Below, piece by piece: positions 39,872 through 53,688 of a stretch of DNA of 64,000 bases. Origin of the DNA: Octopus vulgaris. Lineage: Eukaryota. Position 1 is the first letter of the stretch, and every line of letters starts with the position of its first letter. A model generated the notes under the pieces. The model made no database searches. It worked only from the letters and a program-made list of their open reading frames with translations, and was not told where the DNA came from. A program made the position numbers and the translations under genes. The stretch is taken from assembly GCA_951406725.2 (NCBI GenBank), contig OX597814.1:56854001-56918000 (forward strand), written 5' to 3'.

Positions 39872-41794
39872 GCATTCCCCACACGTGGATCCTCGAAACA
39901 CTAACCATTAACAAGGTAGCACCAACAATTATGAAATACATAGGACACTCTATGAATATATGGCAGACAATGCTACAGCTCCAAACAAAAGAGGGACTCG
40001 TGAAAACCAAAGCCATCCTCATTAGAAGAGGAATATTCCAGGGAGACACGCTCTCTCCACTCCTTTTCTGCTTGGCACTGACACCTCTATCTTATATGCT
40101 AAATAGAACTGGATGCGGATACAAATGTTACGGCAAAACGATCAGCCACCTTTTATATATGGATGACCTAAAACTGTACGCTACAAATGACAAACAGCTG
40201 GAAACACTATTAAAGACAGTTCATGGATTTACCAAAGAAATAGATATGAAATTTGGATTAGAAAAATGCGTCGAAGTAACTCTGAAAAGAGGAAAACTAG
40301 TTAAGAGTAACAACATCACACTAGATAAAACCAATGAAATAAGAGAATTAGACCAAAGCCAAACTTACAAATACTTAGGAATCCATGAACTAGATAAGAC
40401 ACAACGCACACAAATGAAAGAGAAAATAGAAAAAGAAATATTATAGACGAGTTAGATCAATACTAAAAACAGAGCTCAATGCTAAAAACAAGATAATAGG
40501 TATTAACACTTTAGCCGTCCCAGTTATAAGCTACAGCTACAATATCCTTAACTGGACACTAAATGAACTGACCAAAATAGATAGGAAAACAAGAAAAATA
40601 ATGACAGGATCTAGGATGCATCACCGAAAATCTGACATAGAAAGGTTATATATACAACGTATAGAAGGTGGTAGAGGCCTTATACAGCTGGAAAACTATT
40701 ATAAAATAACCACCATAGGACTGCAAAAATATCTACTTCAGAAGGAAGGAAAACTGATATAAATAGCGGCAAAACACGAGCAAAACAAAAAAACTGTTCT
40801 CAGTATTTAAGGAAGCTGATAAATACAAACAAAAAATCATACCACCAAACAATTATGAAGAAGAAAAAGATGAAGAAACAACAAAAGCTATAAAACAAAT
40901 GAAATCCAAACTAAAACTAGAACAGCAACGGACCATGATAAAACGATTGCAAGAAAAGCCCCTTCATGGCAAATACTGGACTAAACTAAATGCTAAAAAA
41001 TAGACAAAGAAAAATCCCAGCAATGGTTGAGAAGCTCAGGACTCAAAGCAGAGACAGAGGGATTTTTAAATGCAGCACAAAACCAAAGCCTCCCCACCAG
41101 AAATTACCAAAAACATATAATGAAAAGAAATATAACAAGTAACTGCAGAATATGTGGAGATGGACAAGAAACAATAAATCATATTATCTCTGGCTGTCCA
41201 GTCCTGGCTAATAAGGAATATATTCACAGACACGACAGAGTTGGGACCTTCATACACAGGAAACTATGCCAACATTATGGAATAACAACAGAAAGAAGAT
41301 GGTATAGGCACACTCCAGAAAAGGTTACAGAAAACGAGAAGCAACCATACTTTGGGATATGCCAATACAAACAGATAGAGAAATTAAAGCCAACAGACCA
41401 GATATAGTTGTCAGAGATCATGAAGAAAGAAAAATGCTTTCTAATTGATGTATCATTACCAGCAGATGACAACGTGTCTCTAAAAGAAATGGAGAAACTT
41501 TCAAAATACAAAGACCTGGAAATAGAGGTAACTCGAATGTGGAATCTAAAAACAGAAACAATTCCTATCATAGTAGGAGCATTAGGCACGATAAAAAAAA
41601 TATTCAGACAAATACATAACAAAAACACCAGGACTTACAAACACATATAACATACAGAAAATTGCACTACTGGGCACTGCCAACACCCCAATACAGTAAC
41701 CATCAGAGCATCACAACAAAACACAGCACATACCCAGGCACACAGAGATGTGCTCGGTAGTGAAGTGAATGCAAGATATACAAAAAAAAAACTA

Positions 41795-41797
<3 letters not shown>
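39871..41797 (+). mobile_element. R4/Dong retrotransposon (unit F; same subfamily as A and I)
   Basis: RGIFQGDTLSP, YMDDLKLY, CRIC..HIISGC and RLE; 3' UTR nearly identical to unit A. Confidence 0.95.
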
Positions 41798-41866
<69 letters not shown>

Positions 41867-41880
41867 CTTAATAATAATAA

Positions 41881-43190
41881 CCTTACGGAACTCCAACGCT
41901 TGGACAGGAAGACAAGAAAATTACTGACATCCAAGAGCATGCACCACCCTAAAGCAGATGTAGACCGCCTGTACCTTCCTAGAAGCAGCGGGGGGGAGAG
42001 GAATGATGCAATTAGAGCTGTGCTATAAGACCTCTACTGTAGGAATGAACAGGTACCTATCTAGTACAAAGGACTGGATGCTGCGACTTGTGTGCAAACA
42101 CGAAAGCAGCAAAAAGCTGCATTCTATTGTCAAGGAAGCCTATAAGTTCGAAAGGGAACTAGACATTAACCTTGAATCAGATGAAGAGCCGGAAACCACT
42201 GCTACCAAGCAAGCAAAGCGAATCAAGCAGACTGCAAAAAAGAACGGGCAGAATCAAATTGAGAGGCGGTGGAGCCAGAAGCCCCTGCATGGACAATATA
42301 TTCTCCGAAGCCAAAATGCTGATGTAGACCAAGCAACAACCCGTCAGTGGCTGAAGAGTTCTGGATTGAAAGCAGAGACTGAAGGCTTCATAATGGCAGC
42401 ACAAGATCAAAGCTTGTTTACCAGAAATTACCAGGCTAACGTTCTCCGAAACGGTACTGACCCTAAATGCAGATTCTGCGACACATTTGACGAAACGATA
42501 GACCATCTCGTTTCGGGATGTCCTGTGCTGACACCAAACGAATACAAAAATCGCCACGATAGGGTAGGACAGTATATACATTGAAAGATATGTAAATACT
42601 ACAAATTCGACACTCCTGCTAACTGGTATGAACACCATCCTCAGCCAGTTGTTGAAGGTAAGGATGTCACCATCCTCTGGGATTTTCCAGTCAACACTGA
42701 CAGAACGATCAAGGCTAATCGACCAGACATAATTGTTAAAGACAGGGAAGAAAATACCTGCAGACTAATAGAAGTAAGCGTCCCCACTGATAAAAATGTA
42801 TCTGTAAAGGAATTTGACAAACTTAGTAAATATAAGGACCTGGAAATCGAAATACAAAAGATGTGGAATCTTAAAACAAAAACTGTTCCTGTTATTGTAG
42901 GTGCCCTAGGTATGATAAAAAAGGGATGTCAGAAACACCTAGACAATATCCCTGGAGAACCATGTCTCAAGGAAATCCAAAAGATTGTGCTAACAAGTAC
43001 TGCCCACATCCTTAGAAAAACCCTATCAATGTAAATGTTTGTGTTTGTATTACATGGAGATATTTCTCTACTTCCCCTCCCCAAGCTTTCAACTATATTT
43101 CAACAACTCTTAACCTTCACTTGCCCTAGGGCGCTGGGTGTGCCCTGGCAAGTGATTGCATCAAACATGCAGATTAAAAGTAAATGACAA
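41881..43190 (+). mobile_element. R4/Dong retrotransposon (unit G, distinct subfamily)
   Basis: HHPKADVDRLYLPR, CRFC..DHLVSGC, RHD and NRPDII. Confidence 0.93.
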
Positions 43191-43221
43191 TGATAATAAT
43201 AATAATAATAATAAATAAATA

Positions 43222-43344
<123 letters not shown>

Positions 43345-43844
43345 TGCCCTGATGTAGTACCAGACAGTGGCTCTCATGGCTCCTGATCTTAACTGGTTGG
43401 AAGTGTTATTATGTGCTTTGTTTTGTCTTGGTATAAAAGATGGGCGACAGCAAATATTCTGCGCAATACCACAGATTTGCTTGTCAGTTGTTTGACCTTA
43501 TGATATGTGCATCACTGATCACGAGCAGAAGTAGTAGGGGAGCATCATAGCCGTGTGTTGAAAGGAATTCTTTGGGGTTTGGATAATTCACCTTTGGAAA
43601 CATGGGTGGTTTGTTCAACATCCTTAAACAACCCTTATTGAAGGACATTTTGAGCGGGATGAGCTACTCGACCAGAAGAAAATTCTACCTGTTTATCTTG
43701 ATATGAGATCACCATGTCGCGCATATTTGGTTGTGATGCCTGTGCCTGGTGTACCCTTATCAGACGAGTAGTCATGATGGGTATACTGGGCTTCGAATAT
43801 TTTTCCCCAGTATCACTTTGATGACATGCACTGCTCTCTGACTC
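43345..43844. mobile_element. ~500-bp non-coding repeat inserted in (AAT)n
   Basis: (AAT)n on both sides; homologous copies at 4375-4816, ~9980-10165 and 50820-50990. Confidence 0.85.
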
Positions 43845-43915
<71 letters not shown>

Positions 43916-43945
43916 TAATAATAACAATAATAATAACAATAACAA

Positions 43946-43984
<39 letters not shown>

Positions 43985-44048
43985 TAATAATAATAATAAT
44001 AATAATACCACCACCAACAACAACAACAATAATAATAACAACAACAAT

Positions 44049-45213
44049 AGATATTTAGGCTATATATATTTAGGGATTTTGGAGCTGGATGACATTCTAC
44101 ACAGAGAAATGAAAGTCAGGGACAGTGAGGCGTATCAAAAAAGGGCGAAGATCGTGTTGAAATCCAGCCTGAATGCCAAAATTTTGATTACCACAATGAA
44201 TATCCGGGCAGTTGCGGTGGTTATATATAGTGCATCCATCCTCAAAAGAACTTAGAAGCAAATATCAACACTGGATAGAAGGACGATAAAGTTTATGACG
44301 TTGCAATGGGCGCTACACCCTAAAGCAATGAAACTGGATGTAAAAGCAGATCGAATGATGGGCAAGGAAGATTTTAACAAAGAGCTGAGGAGGAGAGAAA
44401 AGAAGACCTTCTTGAAATGAGAATGTAGGACAGTTTGAAAAGAAATTACAAGACGTTAAGGATAATACAGCATCGTGGGCATGACTTGAGCGAGGTGATT
44501 TGAAGCGTACCACCGAAAGTCTGATCATTGCTGCACAAGACCAGGCTCTTGCTACCAATTCAGTGAAGTATAACATCTATAAAACTTTTAACACCCAGAA
44601 ATACAAACTCTGTGGAAAGAGTGTGGAAAATGTGACCCACTTGGTATGTGGGTGTGAGAGCCATGCACAAAAAGAATACAAGCGCCGCTACAATAAAGTA
44701 TGTGTGTATCTTCATTGGCTCTTATGCTGTAAATACCAATATAAAGTAACAGAGAACTATTATGAGCATGTACCAACTAGAGTTATGAAGGAGGATGGAA
44801 AAGTAGCGATCCTCTGAGACTATGATTTTCAGACGGATTGAGTAAGAGAGACAAATACTGTCAGATCTTTGATGTAGTCATACCAAATGACATGAATGTT
44901 GTGAGTAAAGAGGTTGAAACAATCACCAAGTACTCCGAATTGAAAATAGAAATGGCAAAACTGTATGGAATGTGAGAGGGTAATGTAAAAGTGGTACCAG
45001 TGGTAATCAGAGCGTTGGGCTCAATCCCATTGAAACTTCAAGACATCTTAAGGCAACTGGAAATCCCATGCAAGACTGATGTCTTGCAAAAAGCAGCCTT
45101 ATTGGGCACATCACACATCGTAAGGAAAGTATTTTCTGCCTGAGGTTCTTGTTGTGACTTGACAGATGGCTAAAGACTCCGGTGCATTTTTACCTACACT
45201 ATGTTACGAAGGA
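44049..45213 (+). mobile_element. Old R4/Dong retrotransposon (unit H)
   Basis: YLGILE, TESLIIAAQDQAL, KLCGKSVENVTHLVCGC, VVPVVIRALG and LQKAALLG; many stops. Confidence 0.85.
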
Positions 45214-45232
45214 ATAATAATGATGATGATGA

Positions 45233-47087
45233 TTTCTTTATTGACCATAAAGGATTCACATTAAGTAAAAACATTTGGTAGACAGTTCAGGACAAAAAAA
45301 AGAATGTGTGTGTTGTTGTGAGGATTTTGCGTGTTAACAGGTTTAGCATAATGGGGAAAAATCCCCAAATATTAACTATGTATAATCCTCAATATGGAGG
45401 AGACGTTTGAGGGCTGCTCATGGAAAACCACCATAACATCATAGGCATCCTGACTTCTAGGCAGGCGCCTTTTCACATTTCCACTTCCCCAATTACAAAC
45501 GTATGCTCAGGGCAATGCAATTCACTCGCACTATTCTCGCCACTCTCAACCACCTTTCAGCAAACTTGCTACATTGCAACACTTCCCTCCGTATCTTTAC
45601 TTTTCTCTTGAAGTGAAACTTGAAGAAGTTGATCAGGGATTGGCCAAAGAGAGAAGTGTTTGTCTTCAGGCCTTTTAGTCTTGCCCACCATACAACCTCT
45701 TTCGCCATGGCCACTTAGCATATAAAGACAACTTACACTTCTAGGTTAAAGGAAAGCGGCGAGGAGTTCTTCACAATAGATTTAGTTGACAGCCGGATCC
45801 GTTCCACACGCTACAGCAGGTGTTCGGCACAAACCCACTGGTAAGCAATTCTCGGGCACCGGACGAGTTCATTCAGGACGGTTTCTTCGTCCTGCGCGCA
45901 TCTTGGACATGCCTGAATAGGTCATCTCGAACAGGCAAATCTCATCGGTAGCATTGTCAGGCCAGAGATTTTTGGAAGTTATCCAGTGGGCCCGAGCCAA
46001 AAGTTCTCCGGAAGAGAGCGGTTAGCTGATTTTCTACGACGCCCATGGTCATCCCAAGAACATCGTTGCACTTTCCCTCCACCTATCACGGTATCCGACT
46101 GGCTGAAGGCTGTGAGCGCTTGAAGACATCGTTACCTCGCCCCATTTTTGGTCTATCTGGAGATCTGGCCCAAACCAGATTTCGAGCAATTTAACCGGTT
46201 CGTACGTCCAGCGCCCAACACTGCAGTTGGACAGCATGGACTTACTTCTCCAGGTGCCGAGTCGCAAGCCCATCGACTTTTCCTGGTTAATCTTCGCTCC
46301 TGTTACCGCCTCGTAGTCCCTAAGAATGGTACAGATCATTTCGATGTGTTTATTTTCCAACACCACTACTGTGATGTCGTCGGCATATGCCAACAAACAT
46401 CTCCCACGTCCTAGGTCACGCGGGATGCCCCTTAATACCTCCAGCTTGTGTACTAGTGGCTCGAGAGTCAATAAGTACAAGAAGGATCAGAGGGGTCAAG
46501 CTTGGCGGACCGAGCGCATGGTGTTGAACGGTTCTAAGAGGTAATCGATCACTCTGACTATCGAACATTGTAGCGATCCAGCCACTCAATACAGCAGCCT
46601 TGAGGACCTCCCCCAAGTATAGATGGTTGACTCTATCGAAAGCTTTAGATTGATTAAAATTGGTCAGATTTTTTAGACACTTTCTCTATGGTGTACCGCA
46701 TGAGGTGGAGGTTGCCGTGGATGGATCTTTTCAGGATGGCGCGTGTCTGTGCCTTTTCTACCAGATCACAGACGACAAGAGCCGACCTCATAGCTAATTC
46801 AACAGAGTTATGGCCCTAAAGTTATCTGTACAGCCCCATTCCTGTTCGGGTCTTTTTTCAGCAACGTCACCGCTCCTCGGATCACAAAACTGGGGATTCT
46901 CCCTTTCTGTCGTCAATTACAGTAAACGTTTACCAAGAGGTCACCGAACAAGTTCTGGCTTGTAAGCGCAAAGCTCGTAGGGCAGACCATCTAGGCCAGG
47001 CAATTTATCCCTCGTCCAGCTAGCCAGTGCTTCCTATGTTTCAAAGGCTGATATTGGTCTTTTGCAGCGCTCCGCCTCTGTCGTCGA

Positions 47088-47088
<1 letters not shown>
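45233..47088 (-). mobile_element. Tx1-clade L1 retrotransposon, 5'-truncated and degenerate
   Basis: LPGLDGLPYEL, QSKAFDRVNH and AYADD..GAKINQEKS; bounded by (GAT)/(AAT)n. Confidence 0.9.
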
Positions 47089-47155
<67 letters not shown>

Positions 47156-47157
47156 TG

Positions 47158-47300
<143 letters not shown>

Positions 47301-47315
47301 AAGAAGAAAGAAGAA

Positions 47316-49565
47316 AGGCCTCAGTATGGCCTGGATTGACTACAAAAAGGCGTTTGATAGCATCCCCCACACATGGATCCTCGAAACACTAGCCATTAAC
47401 AAAGTAGCACCAACAATCATAAAATTCATAGAGCACTCTATGAATAAATGGCAAACAGTCCTACACCTCCAAACAAAAGAGGGACTCATGAAAACCAAAG
47501 ACATCCCCATTAGAAGAGGAATATTCCAGGGAGACACGCTCTCTCCACTCCTTTTCTGCTTGGCATTGTCACCTCTATCTGATATGCTAAATAGAACTGG
47601 ATGCGAATATAAATGTTACGGCAAAACGATCAGCCACCTTTTATATATGGATGACCTAAAACTATACGCTGCAAATGACAAACAGCTGGAAACACTATTA
47701 AAGACAGTTCATGGATTTACCAAAGAAATAGATATGAAATTTGGATTAGAAAAATGGGCCAAAGTAACCATGAAAAGAGGAAAACTAGTTAAGAGTAACA
47801 ACATAACACTAGATAAAACCAATGAAATAAAAGAATTAGACCAAAGCCAAACTTACAAATACTTAGGAATCCATGAACTAGATAAGACACAACACACACA
47901 AATGAAAGAGAAAATAAAAAAAGAATATTATAGATGAGTTAGATCAATACTAAACACAGAGCTCAATGCTAAAAACAAGATAATAGGTATCAACACTTTA
48001 GCTGTCCCAGTTATAAGTTACAGCTACAATATCCTTAACTGGACACGAAATGAACTGACCAAAATAGATAGGAAAACAAGAAAAATAATGACAGGATCTA
48101 GGATGCATCACCGAAAATCTGACATAGAAAGACTATATATACAACGTATAGAATGTGGTAGAGGCCTTATACAGCTGGAAAACTATTATAAAATAACCAC
48201 CATAGGACTGCAAAAATATCTACTTCAGAAGGAAGGAAAACTGATCCAGATAGCGGCAAAACACGAGCAAAACAAAAAACTGTTCTCAGTATTTAAGGAA
48301 GCTGACAAATACAAACAAGAAATCATACCACCTAATAAACATGAAGAAGAAGAAGAAGATGAAGAAACAACAAAAGCTATAAAACAAATGAAATCCAAAC
48401 TAAAACTAGAACAGCAACGAACCATGATAAAACGATGGCAAGAAAAGCCCCTTCATGGTAAATACTGGACTAAACTAAACGCAAAAGAAATAGACAAAGA
48501 AAAATCCCAGCAATGGTTGAGAAGCTCAGGACTCAAAGCAGAAACAGAGGGATTTTTAATTGCAGCACAAGACCAAAGCCTCCCCACCAGAAATTACCAA
48601 AAACATGTAATGAAAATAAATATAACAAGAAACAACAAAAGCTATAAAACAAATGAAATCCAAACTAAAACTAGAACAGCAACGGACCATGATAAAACGA
48701 TTGCAAGAAAAGCCCCTTCATGGCAAATACTGGACTAAACTAAATGCTAAAAAATAGACAAAGAAAAATCCCAGCAATGGTTGAGAAGCTCAGGACTCAA
48801 AGCAGAGACAGAGGGATTTTAAATGCAGCACAAGACCAAAGCCTCCCCACCAGAAATTACCAAAAACATATAATGAAAAGAAATATAACAAGTAACTGCA
48901 GAATATGTGGAGATGGACAAGAAACAATAAATCATATTATCTCTAGCTGCCCAGTCCTGGCTAAGAAGGAATATATTCACAGACATGACAGAGTTGGAAC
49001 CTACATACCCAGGAAACTATGCCAACATTATGGAATAACAAAAGAAAAAAGATGGTATAGGCACACACCAGAAAAGGTCACAGAAAACGAGAAAGCAACC
49101 ATACTCTGGGATATGCCGATACACACAGATAGAGAAATTAAGGCCAACAGACCAGATATAGTTGTCAGAGATCATGAAGAAGAAAAATGCTTTCTAATTG
49201 ATGTATCAATACCGGCTGATGACAACGTGTCTCTAAAAGAAATGGAGAAACTCTCAAAATACAAAGACCTGGAAATAGAGGTAACTCGAATGTGGAATCT
49301 GAAAACAGAAACAATTCCTATCATAGTAGGTGCATTAGGCATGATAAAAAAATATTCAGACAAATACATAACAAAAACACCAGGACTTACAAACACATAT
49401 AACATACAGAAAATTGCACTACTAGGCACTGCACACATCCTACGCAGAACACTTTCCATACAATAACCATCAGAGCATCACAACAAATCACAGCACATAC
49501 CCAAGGCACACAGAGCTGCGCTCGGTAGTGAAGTGAAAGCACGCTATAAAAAATAAAACTACTGA
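47316..49565 (+). mobile_element. R4/Dong retrotransposon (unit I) with an internal ~265-bp duplication
   Basis: WIDYKKAFDSIPH, YMDDLKLY, CCHC and RLE. Segment ~48362-48628 is repeated at ~48627-48890. Confidence 0.95.
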
Positions 49566-49584
49566 ATAATAATAATAATAATAA

Positions 49585-50640
49585 ATACAACAAATTTCGG
49601 AATTAGACATACAAGAAACAAGCACAGAAATTGCTAAGCGCATGAAAACCCGTGCTAAAACTGCTGCCTTAGATATTCTGAATGATAAATGGCTAGAAAA
49701 ACCTCTCAATGGCAATTACCCTAAAGAGAGTGAATAATGCAGATGTTGACAAAGCCCAGACCCATCAATGGCTAATGGCCTCTGGCTTAAAATCTGAAAC
49801 AGAAGGGTTTATCATACCAGCTCAAGATCAATGCCTACCTACAAGAAACTATCAGGCCAACATATTAAAGAACGGCAGTAGCCCAGCATGTCAACAACAA
49901 AATGAAACCATTGATCATATTGTCTCCAAGTGCCGTCTTCTAGTGCCTACAGAGTATCTCAACAGGCATGATAGAGCTACACAATATATTCACTGAGTAA
50001 TTTGCAAATGCCTTGACTTGTCCCATGATAAAAACTGGTGGGAACACAAACCACCTCCAGTGCTTGAAAATGACCACATCTCACTCCCCTGGAACTCCAC
50101 CATTCAAACAGACAGAAAGATAGATGCGAATAGGCCAGACATCATAGTAAAAGACTTCAGACAAAAAACATGCCTCCTCATTGATAAGACTGTCCCAATC
50201 GATATAAACGTATCTGTCAAGACCTACCAGAAACTGAGCAAATATAAAGATCTTGAAATAGAAATCAGCAAAATGTGGAAGCTGAAGACTAAAACAATAC
50301 CTGTTCTCATAGGTGCCCTGAGAATGATAGCAAAATGGGCTGATTGCTACCTAACTCAGATACCAGGAAACCCCAAAATGATAGAAATTCAAAAGATAGT
50401 GCTCATGGGAACTGCTCATATTCTACGCAAAATACTTTCTGTGTAATTTCATGTTTTAAAACAAACATAATTTTCGTATGTTTTTTTAGGCATTCACTGG
50501 TACAACACTAAGTACAAAACCAAATATATGGCACCCTAGGCATAACACCAACACGAACTTCCAACCTGTTGTCTCTTGAGGTCTCTGGGCGAGACTTGGA
50601 GCCAGCTTGTGCAAGTGTAAAGCAAAAGTCAAACATGGAA
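49585..50640 (+). mobile_element. R4/Dong retrotransposon (unit J, distinct subfamily)
   Basis: SGLKSETEGF, RHD and ANRPDIIV..KLSKYKDL; flanked by (AAT)n. Confidence 0.92.
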
Positions 50641-50648
50641 TAATAATA

Positions 50649-50718
<70 letters not shown>

Positions 50719-50724
50719 TAATAA

Positions 50725-50806
<82 letters not shown>

Positions 50807-50819
50807 AAGAAGAAGAAGA

Positions 50820-50990
50820 AAATTCTAACTGGGCCCCACCTGCAAGGTCAAGTGCTGTTTATCTTGATATGAGATCACCATGTCGCGCACATATGGTTGT
50901 GATACATGTGCCTGGTATACCATTATCAGACGGGTAGTCATGATGGGTATACTGGGCTTCGTATATTTTATCCCAGTGTCACTTTGATGC
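50820..50990. mobile_element. Partial copy of the 43345-43844 repeat
   Basis: Colinear similarity to 43680-43825 and 4630-4795. Confidence 0.8.
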
Positions 50991-51393
50991 TTATCAAGAA
51001 AAAATGGAAGTGTGGATGGACATCCAAGGAGTGTTCAGTTCTGCCGACAAAAAATAGGGACAAAATATTTAGCGTGGGATTGGGGGAGACGAGACAGAGC
51101 AGGCTTCTGGGAAAAGGGAAGAGACATATGAGGAGGTCATAGACAGGAAAATAAGCAGTTATATAGGTCTGAGGATCTGAAGTATTTTAGTATGGCTAAA
51201 AAGGAGTGGGAAGAGCAGGAATGTGAACTTAATTGTTGATTCATGATAAAGACTGAAGTTTTGTAAGGCGAATAGTTTGGGTGAGTTTTAGGATTGCTAT
51301 GTATGCATCTCTAACAACTTATATTACTCTAATATAAGGCTTTACACAATGCTACGTTAATGCATGTATATATATTATATTTGGACCATAAAT

Positions 51394-51590
51394 AAGGCGG
51401 TGAGCTGGCAGAGTCGTTATAGCGCCGGACAAAAGTCATTACAGCGTCATTTCTTTCGTTCTGAGTTCAAGTGTTATCTTTGCATTTCACGCTTTCTTTC
51501 GGAGAATCGATAAAATAAGTATCAGCTATGCACTGGGTTCGATGCAATCGACTGGCCCCCTTCCCACAAATTTCAGGCATTGTAGGAAAA
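51394..51590 (+). mobile_element. tRNA-derived SINE (older copy)
   Basis: AAGGCGGTGAGCTGGCAGAGTCGTT..CTGAGTTCAAG. Confidence 0.75.
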
Positions 51591-51898
51591 TTATATTTGA
51601 CCAAAAATTATATAGGAGGGGATTATAAGTAGAAAGTAATTGATTATTAAACATAATCGTTAAAATATTTTATGTAGAACTATTTTAAAGACGTAACTCA
51701 AGATTCTTTGGAGATTACTTAAATAATAACTCCATATAAGCAGGTCGATTAAAATATTGATTTCAAGTTTTGACGTAAAGTCAGCAATTTCGGGTGAAGA
51801 GGTAAGATTATTATATTGTCCACAGTGCTCGACTAGTATTTATTTTATCGACCTTGAAAGGCAAAGTCAGCTTTGGCGGAATTTGAACTCACTCAGAA

Positions 51899-52318
51899 CC
51901 TATTTCTTTACTACCCACAAGGGGCTAAACACAGAGAGGACAAACGAGGACAGACAAACGGATTAAGTCGATTATATCGACCCCAGTGCGTAACTGGTAC
52001 TTATTTAATCGACCCCGAAAGGATGAAAGGCAAAGTCGACCTCGGCGGAATTTGAACTCAAAACGTAGCGGCAGACGAAATACCTATTTCTTTATTACCC
52101 ACAAGGGGATAAACACATAGGGGACAAACAAGGACAGACAAACGGATTAAGTCGATTACATCGACCCCAGTGCGTAACTGGTACTTAATTTATCAACCCC
52201 GAAAGGATGAAAGGCAAAGTCAACCTCGGCGGAATTTGAACTTACAACGTAACGGCAGACGAAGTACTGCTAAGCATTTTGTTCGGCGTGCTAACGGTTC
52301 TGCCAGCTCGCCGCCTTC
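51899..52318 (-). mobile_element. Head-to-tail dimer of the young tRNA-derived SINE
   Basis: Two units (51899-52083 and 52084-52318), each beginning CTATTTCTTTA..ACCCACAAGGGG on the + strand. Confidence 0.9.
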
Positions 52319-52369
52319 ACAGGTAGATTAAAATATTACTATTCTGAAAGCTGTAAAATATTGACGGTA

Positions 52370-52720
52370 ACAAAAGAGGTCTTCCAGCAGCCACCCTGTT
52401 GACCAAGGGCAGCACTACCCCCTCCAGTCACTCGATGTAGGCCTCCGTGCTGAGTGTGAGGCCCTGTGGGAAGATGAATGGAGTCACAACGATGCCATCA
52501 CTAGTGATCACTTCAAACACCATGATGTTGGCTGGATGTTTGATTTTGATCACTCTCGGAACTTTTCCTCAGATTGACATCCGAACACTCTGAAATACTC
52601 GTATTGGAGCTTCCGGCATGAATGGTAAGCAGTACAGCATGTCGTTTCCAAATGTCTGGCAGAATGAATTGCGCCATGGTGCTGTTTTTCTCACAGACGG
52701 TGTGAAATTAAAAATATAAA
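52370..52720 (-). mobile_element. Tc1/mariner (maT/DD37D-like) transposase fragment
   Basis: Minus strand VPRVIKIKHPANIMVFEVITSDG..PFIFPQGL..EAYIE*LEGVVLP. Confidence 0.75.
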
Positions 52721-53688
52721 ATGGCGACAGTTTACCCATCGCTACCTGTATATTATCCCCCGTCCACTCAGCTACCTTTTATTCAGTAAATAAATTCATT
52801 AAAACGAATAACAATTGCAAATTTGACCTTCTTTTGACATCAAACAACCACACTGGTTGTACTTGTTGACTATAAATTTTACGTAGGTGTAAGTAGAGCA
52901 CGAGTTACTAGATAACCTACATTGTTAAACATTAGTAATTCCAGACTATTTATTGTTATAGTTACATTTATTCTAAGCCTGTTTTACCACTTTCATATAA
53001 AGAATTGGAGGATTATTAAGAGGATTTCTAGTTTTTGGCGGCAAATCGTGGAAACAACAAAACTAAAATAGCTTGTGGGAAATAACGCAATTCAAACATA
53101 ACTTTAATACTGGATTCAAATTTTGGCACAAGGCCAGCAAGTTCGGGGGAGGTGTAAACCGATTACATCGAACACAGTGTTCAAATGGTACGTATTTTAT
53201 CGACCCCTGAAGGCAAAGTTGACCTCGGTGGAATTTGAACTCAGAATGTGAAGACAGACGAAATGTCACTATTCATTTGACTAAAAATTCTTCAAAGTGC
53301 TGCCCCAGCATGACTGCAGTTTAATGAACGAAACAAAGAAGAGATAAAAGATATAGAAGAGCATTCTAACTTAAGTGTCTGCCTCCCAGTTTCTCTACAG
53401 ATATACAAGAATACACAGGAAGTTCTAAATACTAGTTAACTGTCGTGCAGCATAAATTTAAATCACACTACACACACATGCATACATACATACATACATA
53501 ATACATACATACATACATACATACATACATACATACATACATACATACATACATACATACGTACATAAATTTACACGTAGACTTACAAACACACACACGC
53601 ACATTTGTCCTCCACCGTCACTGCTTGTTAAGCGGTGCTGGTTTGCTTATGTCACCAAAACGTAGCAGTACAGCAAAAGACACGAATA

